NCBI RefSeq assembly: GCF_009914755.1
Contig: NC_060935.1
DNA from: the human T2T-CHM13v2.0 reference genome, Homo sapiens
Direction: 5' to 3' (one strand)
Length of the DNA stretch: 64,000 bases
Shown here in pieces: positions 1-12,572 of the stretch. Each line of letters starts with the position of its first letter. Position 1 is the first letter of the stretch. A model generated the notes under the pieces. That model was not told the origin of the DNA. It searched no databases and saw only the letters and a list, made by a program, of their open reading frames with translations. Made by a program: the position numbers and the translations under genes.

Positions 1-462
1 ACATTTTCTTCATCCAGTCTATCATTGATGGACATCTGGGTTGGTTCCAAGTCTTTGCTATTGTGAATAGCAATAAACATACGTGTGCATGTGCCTTTAC
101 AGAAGCCTGATTTATAATCCTTTGGGTATATACCCAGTAATGGGATGGCTGGGTCAAATGGTATTTCTAGTTCCATCATGCAAACTATCGCAAGAACAAA
201 AAACCAAACACCACAGGTTCTCACTCATAGGTGGGAATTGAACAATGAGAACACTTGGACACAGGAAGGGGAAGATCACACACCGAGGCCTGTTGTGGGG
301 CGGGCGGGGGGTGCAGAGGGAAAGCATCAGGAGATATACCTAATGTAAATGACGAGTTAACGGGTGCAGCACACCAACATGGCACATGTATACATGTGTA
401 ACAAACCTGCACGCTGTGCACATGCACCCTAGAACTCAACTATAATAAATATATATATATAT
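1..462 (+). mobile_element. L1PA 3' fragment with 5' inversion (twin-priming type); left part outside the window
   Basis: 1-~172 is antisense L1 ORF2 3' sequence joined to sense 3'UTR (~173-450), ending in AATAAA and (TA)n. Confidence 0.85.
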
Positions 463-877
463 TTTAAAAAAAGAGCATATTATCTACAGGAGAAGAATGA
501 TGCTGGAATTAGACTTTTTATCTCCAACGCTGGAACGGACAGTGGCATAGCAGTTAAGGACTACTGAGAGAAAGGACTACAGCCCAACAATCCTGTACCC
601 AGCCAAGATGTGGCCCCTCTGTCAGGGTGAAGGAAAGATACACAGCAATTCAGTTTATCTCCTGTGTCCCCCACAGAGAAACCTACTTGAGAGAAGACTT
701 TCCAAACATTATCACTTATGTGAACCTGAACAACAATTCATGGAAATGTAAAGGAAAGAACACAAATCTCTGGGCTTCACCACTAGAGGTTGTGGTTCAG
801 TGGTTTGCGGTCTAAATTTTCATTTTTTACAAGTTCCCAATTAATGCTAATGCTGCTAGTCTGGGAACACACTTTGA

Positions 878-2306
<1,429 letters not shown>

Positions 2307-2460
2307 TTAAGAGGGACATAGAAAAATACAATATGTTCCTTTATAGATAGATTTTGTCCCTGCATCAAGGACAAAAGTGATGTCTCTGATCTGATTTATA
2401 TTGAAATAAATGTGAGCTATACATACATTTAAGAAGGATTACTAAAAACAAGTAAAATTG

Positions 2461-2751
2461 GGCCGGGTGAGGTGGCTCATACCAGTAATCTCAGCACTTT
2501 GGGAGGCCAAAGCGGGCAGATCACTTGAGGTCGGAAGTACAAAACCAGCCTGACCAACATGGTGAAACCCCATCTCTACTAAAAATACAAACATTAACCG
2601 GGTGTGGTGCCGCGTGCCTGTAGTCTTCAGCTACTTGAGAGGCTCAGACAAGAGAATCCCTCGAACCTCGGAGGTAGAGGTTGCAGTGAGTCGATATTGT
2701 GCCACTGCACTCCAGCCTAGGTGACAGAGCGAGACTCCTCAAAAAAAAAAA
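2461..2751 (+). mobile_element. AluS
   Basis: GGCCGGGTGAGGTGGCTCA...A tail; mirror at 14195-14486; absent from the paralogous site near 53880. Confidence 0.9.
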
Positions 2752-2804
2752 TTATTATTTACCCAATATTTGGTAAATCAGTGAGCGACAGCAAACAGAG
2801 CGCA

Positions 2805-3660
2805 CCTATAAATCAATCCTGACTGGGTGGGGCCACCTTTGTGGAGAGTTACTGAATTAGGAATTTAATCATTTTGATTGTTCTTGTAATTACTTAGCAG
2901 TCCACTATCATAATCTAATCAATCTAAAAGTGACATGATTATCTTATTTTTTGAAACCCCATTCATAATTTTAAAATCTCCTTTATCTTGATAAATTATA
3001 CAACTATGAAAAAAATTCTAAACATTGCATTTAAGTATAGAAAAGCACAAACACAGCTGTACTTGGAGGCAGAGGATTGCATCAATCCCTGCATTCCCTG
3101 AAGAATCATTATGATTTCAGTAATATCAAATGCAGAAAATGTTGTGTTGAATAACTCTTAAGATACCATAAGCAGATATGTTGTTGAGAATGGGATTTTT
3201 TTTGTATTGGTGAAAAATTTTGTGAATTTCTGGACAAAACTATATACAATGGTCCTGTGATTTATGCAATTGCATTTCTCGAACATTATGAAAATTAAAA
3301 CAAGCAACAACACTTGTAATTTATAATTAAATATGGTGCAGCCTTGCACATCGTGAACATGTTTATCATCCAATTTCATGTCTGGAGGTCACTGGAGAGT
3401 CCTGTGACATGCTTGCAGGTAGCTTAATTGTCTTGGCCATTGTCCATAGCAGCCCCCATTCACTAGGAGAACCACCAGAGCAAACTCCAGATTTTAAATG
3501 AATCCAGACTGAGTGGTACCACCTTTGCTGAGAGTTACTGCTTTAGGTAATTTAATCATCTGGATTGTTCTTGTGATGAGTTAGGAGACGATTATCACAA
3601 CCTAATCAATCCAGAAGTCATGAAGTCTCCACCCACTCATTAAGGTGACTCAATATAAAC
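2805..3660 (+). promoter_or_regulatory. Putative promoter/enhancer of copy 1 with DUX4-type double-homeodomain sites, CACCC box, AP-1 site and TATA box
   Basis: TAATCTAATCA 2911-2921, TAATTTAATCA 3548-3558, near matches GAATTTAATCA 2861-2871 and CAACCTAATCA 3598-3608; CCACCC 3629-3634; TGACTCA 3646-3652; TATAAA 3654-3659, about 130 bp upstream of the ATG. Confidence 0.65.
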
Positions 3661-3784
3661 CTGCCTCCTGTGCCTCCACATTAGCTCGTTTGGAAGACCT
3701 GGGTATAGGTGGTCGTCTCCTCGGCTCCGAGTCCCTGCAGCAGCTGAGGTGCCTGTGTCTCTCTGGCTCCCAGTGGCCGCCATC

Positions 3785-4369
3785 ATGCTCTCCTCCACAC
3801 TCAGGGTGGCTGTGGTGTGCGTGAGCAATGTCAACAGGAGCATGGAGGCCCACAGCATCCTCAGGAGAAAAGGGCTAAGTGTCCGGTCTTTTGGAACTGA
3901 ATCTCATGTGAGGCTACCAGGACCAAGACCCAATCGTCCTGTAGTTTATGATTTTGCAACAACATATAAGCAGATGTACAATGACCTCCTCAGGAAAGAT
4001 AGAGAACGCTACACCCGCAACGGAATCTTACACATCTTGGGAAGAAATGAGAGAATCAAGCCCGGTCCAGAAAGATTTCAGGAGTGCACTGATTTCTTTG
4101 ATGTCATCTTCACCTGTGAGGAGAGTGTCTATGACACAGTGGTGGAAGATCTGTGTTCCAGAGAACAGCAGACCTTTCAGCCTGTGCACGTGATCAACAT
4201 GGACATCCAAGATACCCTGGAAGATGCCACCCTGGGAGCTTTCCTCATCTGTGAGATTTGCCAGTGCCTGCAGCAGTCAGACGACATGGAAGACAATCTG
4301 GAAGAGCTGCTGTTGCAAATGGAGGAGAAGGCAGGAAAAAGCTTTCTTCACACCGTCTGCTTCTACTGA
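3785..4369 (+). CDS. SSU72L: SSU72-like RNA polymerase II CTD phosphatase, intronless retrogene copy 1 (194 aa)
   Basis: ATG at 3785 in GCCGCCATCATG context; 585-nt ORF MLSSTLRVAVVCVSNVNRSMEAH...FLHTVCFY is colinear with SSU72 (194 aa); C12-X5-R18 and D140-IQ-D143 present; no introns. The paralog number cannot be assigned from sequence alone. Confidence 0.9.
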   Translation: MLSSTLRVAVVCVSNVNRSMEAHSILRRKGLSVRSFGTESHVRLPGPRPNRPVVYDFATTYKQMYNDLLRKDRERYTRNGILHILGRNERIKPGPERFQECTDFFDVIFTCEESVYDTVVEDLCSREQQTFQPVHVINMDIQDTLEDATLGAFLICEICQCLQQSDDMEDNLEELLLQMEEKAGKSFLHTVCFY

Positions 4370-4764
4370 ACACCTGGGCTGGCTTTGTCCCCTTCCTCAG
4401 TAAGAACTTAGGCATGGGACTTTAGTCCGGATTTATTGTGAGAAGCATCTGCAAAGACCTTCCACTGAGTACTGTTTGTGTGACTTTTGTACACATCACC
4501 TGGAAAGAGACTATTACCAAGAAAATATTTTATGGGAAATGAGAAGGACTAACATTTTTAAAAGCACTGAAAAATGTTTGGCATTGTGCTAGGTGCATTA
4601 CATGGCATAACTAATTTCATGCTTATATCATTCTACAAGGAAGCTAGCCCACCATGACGCCATTTTCCAGATAAGCAAACCGAGCTGATAATGGACTGCT
4701 GGAAAAATGATTTGTTTAAGGGTATTCAGCAGATAAATAACATTGTATAGATAAGCACCTTTTA

Positions 4765-4770
4765 AATAAA
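4765..4770 (+). terminator. Candidate polyadenylation signal of copy 1
   Basis: AATAAA about 400 bp after the stop codon, followed by a GT/T-rich tract (~4790-4820); present at the equivalent position in the other copies. Confidence 0.4.
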
Positions 4771-5572
4771 CTTCCTTTTCTCAATTTGAGTGGTTTTTTT
4801 TTAATTTTTAAATTTTTTAAGTTAGTTGAGACCAGTGAAGTGTGGTATGTTAACTTAAATGTTGTTCTTGTTTAATAAGAGTATAATATTACATGTTTGA
4901 ACAGATAAATGTTTTTACATATAGATTATATCTTTTTTACTAATGCTCACTTTAATGGGTAAAATCCAAGTTGGATAATGAACTACATATGATTGTAAAA
5001 TTTGGAATTATCTGCTCAAATCATAGGTCATCAAATTAAATGAAATAAAAAATGTAAATAAAAAGCATATTCTTATTTCTGTTTAGGGAATACATTTCAA
5101 GCCACTAAGTGACATGCTTTTGTTTAAACCTTATGAATTTCACTGAAAAAAAAAAACCCAAGTTGGATAACAAACCACAGATTATCGTAAAATTTGGAAT
5201 TATCTCCTCAAATAATAGGTCACCAAATCAAATAAAAAATTTTAAAAAAGTATATTCTTATTTATGTTGGGGGATGGATTTCACACCACTAAGCCACATG
5301 TTTTTATTTAAGGCTTACAGATTACAGTGAAATAAGCAATCTCTCATATTGAGAGATTCAAATTGTATTAAATTTAAAATGTTTATTGATTTGAGCATTG
5401 AGAACATCAGGTGATAAACCTAATGATGTTTTCACGGAGAAACAAGTGAAACACTTTCCATAATCCTTGGTAGTGGCACTAAAACATGTTCACTAGTAGG
5501 AGAAAAAATAGATCAGAAGTAGTTGTTCAGAGTTGAATTAATTTACATGTTATCTACTGAATTAGACTTATT

Positions 5573-6099
5573 ATGGCAACCTAAAATAACAGCAGAGATT
5601 AGCTTTCCAAAGATAATGAGTTTATTTAAACGAAGGATTGCAAACAGGAATGCACCAGGTGTAACAAATTGTAGGTGCATCCTCAGAGGTTGAGGTAAGG
5701 GGAAACTTTTAAAGGCAAAAAGAAGTCCACAGAAACTACTTTAAAACAAAGTTTATTGGTCACAGAAGCTGACTGCAGGAGTTGGCGTTAGCTTCTTGGT
5801 GGAGACAGCCATTGCTAGGCGTGTGTTCTTGCGAGAACATTTTATGTGGAATGCTGCAGTCTTGAATATAATGCAGTTATAGAAATATGTGTGAACATGC
5901 AGAATGAGCAAAGTGTGTAAGACCTGCTGATTGTGTAAAGCATGTAGGATGTGCCATGATCTCTTGTGGGTTTTAGGGAGTCGTGATAGCTCTTATCTCA
6001 GATATACAGGCATGTGCTCCCCTGCTTCATGACCCTCCAGCTCCACTTCACCTGGATCTGACGATAGTGGACTTCATCTTGGTAGTAACAACTTTCACA
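5573..6099 (-). mobile_element. Solo LTR (ERV1-class-like, family unassigned)
   Basis: TG...CA termini (TGGCAACCTAAAATAAC ... ACTTTCACA); diverged inverted counterpart at ~11089-11561 with AATAAA; direct copy at ~56744-57270. Confidence 0.55.
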
Positions 6100-7831
6100 T
6101 TTTTGGTATCAGAAACTTTCAAAGTTGTAAGAAAATATTCTTTTTCCTCTTGCAGTGTAGGTAGCAGGAGGCAAGTGGAAGTGGGGAACCCAGCTGGTAC
6201 AGTAGTTCGCAGAGGAGAGGTTGGAAGCTTGTGGGAGGGAAGTGTCTGTCAAAAGGCAGAAGAATGGACACATTGGAGAGGGATGTTAGAGCTGACATGA
6301 GAGACTTCTTGATGAGAAAAGGAGGACTTTTGAATCACTCTCAGATTTCTGATTTTAAGGGTGGCTTGGTCCAAATATATAAGTGAAAGTTTTGGTGGTA
6401 GGGCAGTGTGGTGTTTCCTCACTGACAGTTTATCTCTATTCTGTCAATGTGGCTTAAGATAAGGCCATCAGCTGGCAGTGGGCAGTCAGGATCATGATTG
6501 GGGATGGGGTGAGGATATTTGGCATAGATAATTGTTTTAAAATATGGGAATACAAACCTGAGTGTAGTTTTTTGTGAGAGCTCTTCTGAAGATAAAAGTG
6601 AGACTGTCCCATAGATACTACTTTTTCCAGCCAATCCATTTGGAAAAACATGACAAGGTGGTTGAGTTTCTCTTTTCTGTCTGTTTGGACATGGACAATG
6701 CAAATGTGACAGAAGAGCAAGGTGCAGAAATGCTTCGGGAGTTTGAAAGGGTGTAATTATAGTGATAAACGATGAAACCTGGTTTTGGACCAGAAAGGGT
6801 GAATAAGTAGGGATTGGGCTGGAATCCATGGGTTGTGGCACAATGCATGGTCAAACAGCCCTTATAGTTTAAATAAAGAAGCAAAAGTGAATGGAAAGAT
6901 GTGGTCTTATAGTTGGGGCATGACTGTTTCAGATTTTGATCTAGTGGTGAGGTTCTTGATGACTATGACCATGGGTATGTCTGGTGGGGTGTAGACAAGT
7001 GCAATTGGAGAAGAAGTGAGAGTGTTGAGGGTGCTGGGTGGATAATCTGTGTGGATGCTGGAATTGCTAAGAACTGTGGCAGTAGTCGGTTGTGAGGAAG
7101 CATGAGAAGTGAGAGCTTATATAATCACTAAAAATCAAGGGTGTGGGAAGTATGGGGCACGATTATATGTTGGGCAGATATGGTAAGAAGACTTTCTAGG
7201 TTGTTGAACACCTCTAGTATTGGTTTATTGGGTAGAGGGAGGGGAGCTCTGATTGGAAGTCGTAATGGTGACCTCGCGTATCTGACTATATACTATGTAG
7301 AGTGGGAAATAAAGACTTAGATTTACTGTAATGAAAATACAATGATTTCTTGAGGAAGTAGCCAGAGAAAGAGGCAAATGGGTGTTCACATGGTTATTGA
7401 AGATGAAAAATGACATTTGGATACAAATTTCAGGAAGATTTGAGGATGAATCTGAACTATAAAAGTGAGTTGTGCCAGAAAGAAGGATATTGTGATAAGG
7501 ACCAGTCAAATGAACATTGCTTTAGGTGTGTCTGACAAATTTCTATTTCTTGATTACATGATGTATGCCTTATAATAATTTCTTAAGCAACTCCTTTATT
7601 TTTGTTTGGTTTTCTGTATTTGTGTATGTGTGTTTTTTCTTCCGTTTTAAAATTACCATAAGAAGACTAACAAAACACTCAAAAAATGAGGGAAATACTT
7701 TGTTTCATAAAAAAACTTAACATTATAAGTATGTTAATAGCTTTATTTGTAATTGTTTTATTTCCTCTCTTTTACTTCCTCTCCCTCCTCACTTCCCACG
7801 TCCAATCTTCTCATTCTCCTTCTTCTTCTTC

Positions 7832-9311
7832 TTTTTTTTTTTTTTAGTATTTATTGATCATTCTTGGGTGTTTCTCAGAGAGGGGGATTTGGCAGGGTCA
7901 TAGGACAATAGTGGAGGGAAGGTCAGCAGATAAACATGTGAACAAGGGTCTCTGGTTTTCCTAGGCAGAGGACCCTGTGGCCTTCCACAGTGTTTGTGTC
8001 CCTGGGTACTTGAGATTAGGGAGTGGTGATGACTCTTAATGAGCATGCTGCCTTCAAGCATCTGTTTAACAAAGCACATCTTGCACGGCCCTTAATCCAT
8101 TTAACCTTGAGTGGACACAGCACATGTTTCAGAGAGCACGGGGTTGGGGGTAAGGTTATAGATTAACATCATCCCAAGGCAGAAGAATTTTTCTTAGTAC
8201 AGAACAAAATGGAGTTTCCTATGTCTACTTCTTTCTACACAGACACCGCAACAATCTGATTTGTCTTTCTTTTCCCCACATTTCCCCCCTTTCTATTCGA
8301 CAAAACCGCCATCGTCATCATGGCCCATTCCCAATGAGCTGTTGAGCACACCTCCAAGACGTGGTGGTGGCCTGGCAGAGGCGCCCCCCACTTCCCAGAC
8401 GGGGCAGCCGGGCAGAGGCGCCCCCCACTTCCCGGACGGCGCGGCTGCCGGGAGGGGGCTGCCACCCACCTCCCTCCCAGGAGGGGCGGCTGCTGGGCGG
8501 AGGGGCTCCTTACTTCTCAGAAGGGGCGGCGGGGCAGAGACACTCCTCACCTCCCAGACGGGGTGGCGGTCGGGCAGAGACACTCCTCAGTTCCCACACG
8601 AGGTCACGGCCTGGCAGAGGGGCTCCGCGTATCTCAGACGATGGGCGGCCGGGCAGAGACGCTCCTCACTTCCCAGACCAGATGGCTGCCAGGAAGAGGC
8701 GCTCCTCACTTCCCAGACTGGGCGGCCGGGCAGAGACACTCCTCAGTTTCCAGACGGGGTAGCGGCCGGGCAGAAGCGCTATTCACATCTCAGATTGGGC
8801 GGCTGTGCAGAGGGGCTCCTCACATCCCAGACGATGGGCGGCCAGGCAGAGACGCTCCTCACTTCCCAGACGGGGTGGCGGCCGGGCGGAGGCTGCAATC
8901 TCGGCACTTTGGGAGGCCAAGGCAGGCGGCTGGGAGGTGCAGGTTGTAGCGAGCCGAGATCACGCCACTGCACTCCAGCCTGGGCAACATTGAGCACTGA
9001 GTGAGCGAGACTCCATCCGCAATCCCGGCACCTTGGGAGGCCGAGGCGGGCAGATCACTCGCGGTCAGGAGCTGGAGACCAGCCCGGCCAACACGGCGAA
9101 ACCCCTTCTCCACCAAAAAACACAAAAACCAGTCAGGCGTGGCGGCGCGAGCCTGCAATCCCAGGCACTGGGCAGGCTGAGGCAGGAGAATCAGGCAGGG
9201 AGGTTGCAGTGAGCCGAGATGGCGGCAGTACAGTCCAGCCTCAGCTTGGCATCAGAGGGAGACCAGGGAGAGGGAGAGGGAGACCGTGGAGAGGGAGAGG
9301 GAGAGGGAGAG
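7832..9311 (-). mobile_element. SVA retrotransposon (short VNTR, older SVA_A/B-like)
   Basis: Poly-T, SINE-R (~7846-8340), GC-rich VNTR (~8370-8885), Alu-like domain and (GGAGAG)n hexamer (~9262-9311); TSD CTCCTTCTTCTTCTTCTTTT on both sides. Confidence 0.95.
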
Positions 9312-9530
9312 CCTCCTTCTTCTTCTTCTTTTTTGAGACAGAGTCTCGCTCTGTTGCCCAGGCTGGAGTGCAGTGGTGCGATCTTGGCTCACTCACTGCA
9401 ACATCCGCCTCCCATGTTCAAGCAATTCTCCTGCCTCAGCCTCCCAAGTAGCTGGGAGTACAGGTGCACAGCACCACACTTGGTTAATTTTTGTATTTTG
9501 GATTACTGGTGTGAGCCACAGCTCCCGGCC
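9312..9530 (-). mobile_element. Internally deleted Alu whose tail was the SVA target
   Basis: TTTTGAGACAGAGTCTCGCTCTG... right arm, then a jump to GGATTAC...GAGCCAC; copy at ~60486-60704. Confidence 0.8.
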
Positions 9531-9949
9531 CCATGTCCGATCTACCCCAAGGTCTGACCTGGATTGTGTAATCACCATGTGGCTTGTTTGTGGTTTTACA
9601 CAAGTCTAATCCATGAAGCAGAGAATGTAATACTTCAAGCTCAGTCTGTTGGTTGAAGCGAGTCGTAAGGCAATGTCCCTGGATAGAAGGGGATGGGTAA
9701 TAGACTGCACATCATGATGGGGGAATGGCACGAGTGTTCAGCAGAGAGAATGGCTGGCAGCTATGTTAACAGATGCGCAACCATACCTGATAAACTATCA
9801 GATTGATAAATGTTCAAAAGCTTGACACTATACCCTGCTGGCAAGTTTGTGAGGGAAAAGGCATGTTTTCCCGTCGTAATGAAAAATGTTACAAGCTCTA
9901 TGGAGGGCATCTTGAATATCTAATAAATCTAAAAACATGTTTACTCTGT

Positions 9950-10147
9950 CTTCCAAGTAGCCTTATAAGTAGCTAGGACTCAGGTGTGTGCCACCACACT
10001 TCGCTAATTTCTATTTTTAATTTTTTTGTAGAGATAGGGCTTCACTGTGTTGCTCAGGCTGGTCTTGAACTCCTGGCCTCAAGGCGATTCTCCTGCCTCA
10101 GCCTCTCAAGGTGCTGGGATTATAGGCATCAGCCACTGTTTCTGGCC
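9950..10147 (-). mobile_element. Alu fragment (AluJ-like)
   Basis: Antisense left arm and part of the right arm; copy at ~61125-61321. Confidence 0.75.
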
Positions 10148-10199
10148 TATACATCTCTTTGACCACAGTAATCCTACTTCTAAAAATTAACCATAAGGT

Positions 10200-11088
10200 C
10201 TATCAGCAGAATTATCCAACTGAAGAAGTGAGAAAAAAAGAACAAAAAAGAAAAGAAAGAGATCCTCAGGTACTTGAGGAACAATATCAAAAGGTCTACC
10301 AGATGTGTAGTTTGGGTCTCAAAATGAAATGAGAGAAAGAATGGGACTGATTTTTGTTTTTGAGGCAATAATTGTGAAATTATTCAAATTAGGAAAAAAG
10401 CTAAAATATTACAGATTGAAAAAGCTCACAGAACTTCAAGGAGGCTTAAAAACAAAGAAAGTTGTATGTAGATGCCTCACAATCAAACTGAAAATTAAGA
10501 CAAAGGGAAAAAATTTAAATGTAGCCGAAGGAGGCAGGACAGAAAACACTGGTACCTTAGTAGCATCAAGCACACTTGATTTTGATTACTCTCATCATCC
10601 TCCAGTAATACAAACAGGATTATTTGGAGAAATTGTTGATTCTGAGGCTGGAAATATATAAGATGAACCTGGGGCATCTCATAATGCCAGAGTGTTTCCT
10701 TTTCCATGAAAAATGAAGTAAAACCAAACAAACACCACGATGGGGCACATGAAAGGACCCAGGAGGCAACTGAAAGTGCTTGCGATGGCCAAAACAGAAA
10801 GTTTGAGCAACAAAACAAAGCAGGATCGAATTGTAATCCCACATAGAAAAATAAATATCCAAGATTCCATACTGCTATGAAGAAATAATTGAATAAATTC
10901 ATTAATGAGGGGGAGAATAGACACATCTGTGAGGAGTAAGTCCATATAATTTAAATGGATAATCCACCCACAAGGAAGTAGGGCACAAGTCCCCACTCCT
11001 TAAATGTGGGCTGCACATAGGGACTTTTTCCAAATAGTCCAGCATGGAAAATGGGAAAAAGGGTAAATTCACAGTGGAGAAGGCTGAT
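10200..11088 (+). mobile_element. Old L1M fragments (ORF1-like and 3'UTR-like)
   Basis: A-rich, degenerate L1-like sequence (e.g. CCCCACTCCTTAAATGTGGGCTGCACATAG...ACAGTGGAGAA). Confidence 0.5.
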
Positions 11089-12572
11089 GAAGTGGAGCTG
11101 GAAGGTCATGAAGGAGGGGAGCCCATGCTTGTGTACTTGAGATAAGAACTATCACAAGGACTCTCTAAAACCCACAAGAGATTATGGCACATCTTACATG
11201 CTTTGCACCATCAGCAGGTCTTACACACTTTGCTCATTCTGCATGGCCACACATATTTCTATAACTGCAATATCTTCAAGACTGCAGCATTCCAGATAAA
11301 ATGTTCTCGCAAGAACACATGCCTAGCAATGGCTGTCTCCACCAAGAAGCTAATGCCGACTCCTGCAATGAGCTTCTGTGACCAATAAATTTATTTCAAA
11401 GCAGCTTCTGTGGACTTCTTTTTGCCTTTAAAAGTTTCCCCTTACCCTAACCTCTCAGGATACACCTGTGACTTGTTATACCCGGTATATTCCTGATTCC
11501 AGTCCTTCATTCAAATAAACTCATTTTGAGAGCTAATCTCTGCTGTTATTTTAGGTTGCCGTAATAAGTCTAGTTCAATAGATAACATGTCAATTAATTT
11601 AACTATGAACAACTACTTCTGATCTATTTTTCTCCTATTAGTAAACATGGTTTAGTGCCACTACCAAGGATTACGAAAAAGTGTTTCAATTGTTTCTCCT
11701 TGAAAACATGATTAGGTTTATCACGTGATGCTCTCAGTGTTCATACCAATGAATATTTTGAACCTAATAAAATTTTCACTATGAAAGATCCCTTTTTTTT
11801 CAGTGTAATTCATAAGGTTTAAACAAAAGCATGTCGCTTAGTGGCTTGAAATGCATCCCCCAAACAGAAATAAGAATATACTTTTTATTTACATTTTTTA
11901 TTTCATTTAATTTGATGACCTATGATTTGAGCAGATAATTCCAAATGTTACAATCATATGTAGTTCATTACCCAACTTGGATTTTACCCATTAAAGTGAG
12001 CATTAGTAAAAAAGATATAATCTATATGTAAAAACATTGATCTGTTCAAACATGTAATATTATACTCTTATTAAAGAAGAACATTTAAGTTAACATACCA
12101 CACTTCACTGGTCTCAAGTAACTTAAAAAATTTAAAAATTAAAAAAAACCACTCAAATTGAGAAAAGGAAGTTTATTTAAAAGGTGCTTATCTATACAAT
12201 GTTATTTATCTGCTGAATACCCTTAAACAAATCATTTTTCCAGCAGTCCATTATCAGCTCGGTTTGCTCATCTGGAAAATGGCGTCATGGTGGGCTAGCT
12301 TTCTTGTAGAATGATATAAGCATGAAATTAGTTATGCCATGTAATGCACCTAGCACAATGCCAAGCATTTTTCAGTGCTTTTAAAAATGTTAGTCCTTCT
12401 CATTTCCCATAAAATATTTTCTTGGTAATAGTCTCTTTCCAGGTGATGTGTACAAAAGTCACACAAACAGTACTCAGTGGAAGGTCTTTGCAGATGCTTC
12501 TCACAATAAATCCGGACTAAAGTCCCATGCCTAAGTTCTTACTGAGGAAGGGGACAAAGCCAGCCCAGATGT

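Noticed and set aside
3749-3784. 12-aa N-terminal extension (206-aa ORFs in the track; also at 13193 and 54916)
   Set aside because: It starts at GTG; the ATG at 3785 has a Kozak context and gives the SSU72-length 194 aa.
3640-4210. Short antisense and alternate-frame ORFs over the SSU72-like genes
   Set aside because: Shadow frames of the real CDS, repeated only because the DNA is duplicated.
5983-7509. 105-140 aa ORFs in the spacer conserved in both repeat units
   Set aside because: No recognisable domain, the sequence looks like degenerate LTR/LINE, and conservation simply reflects recent duplication.
8235-9158. Long GC-rich ORFs (up to 247 aa) and their copies at ~59400-60330
   Set aside because: They arise from the stop-poor SVA VNTR and Alu-like domain.
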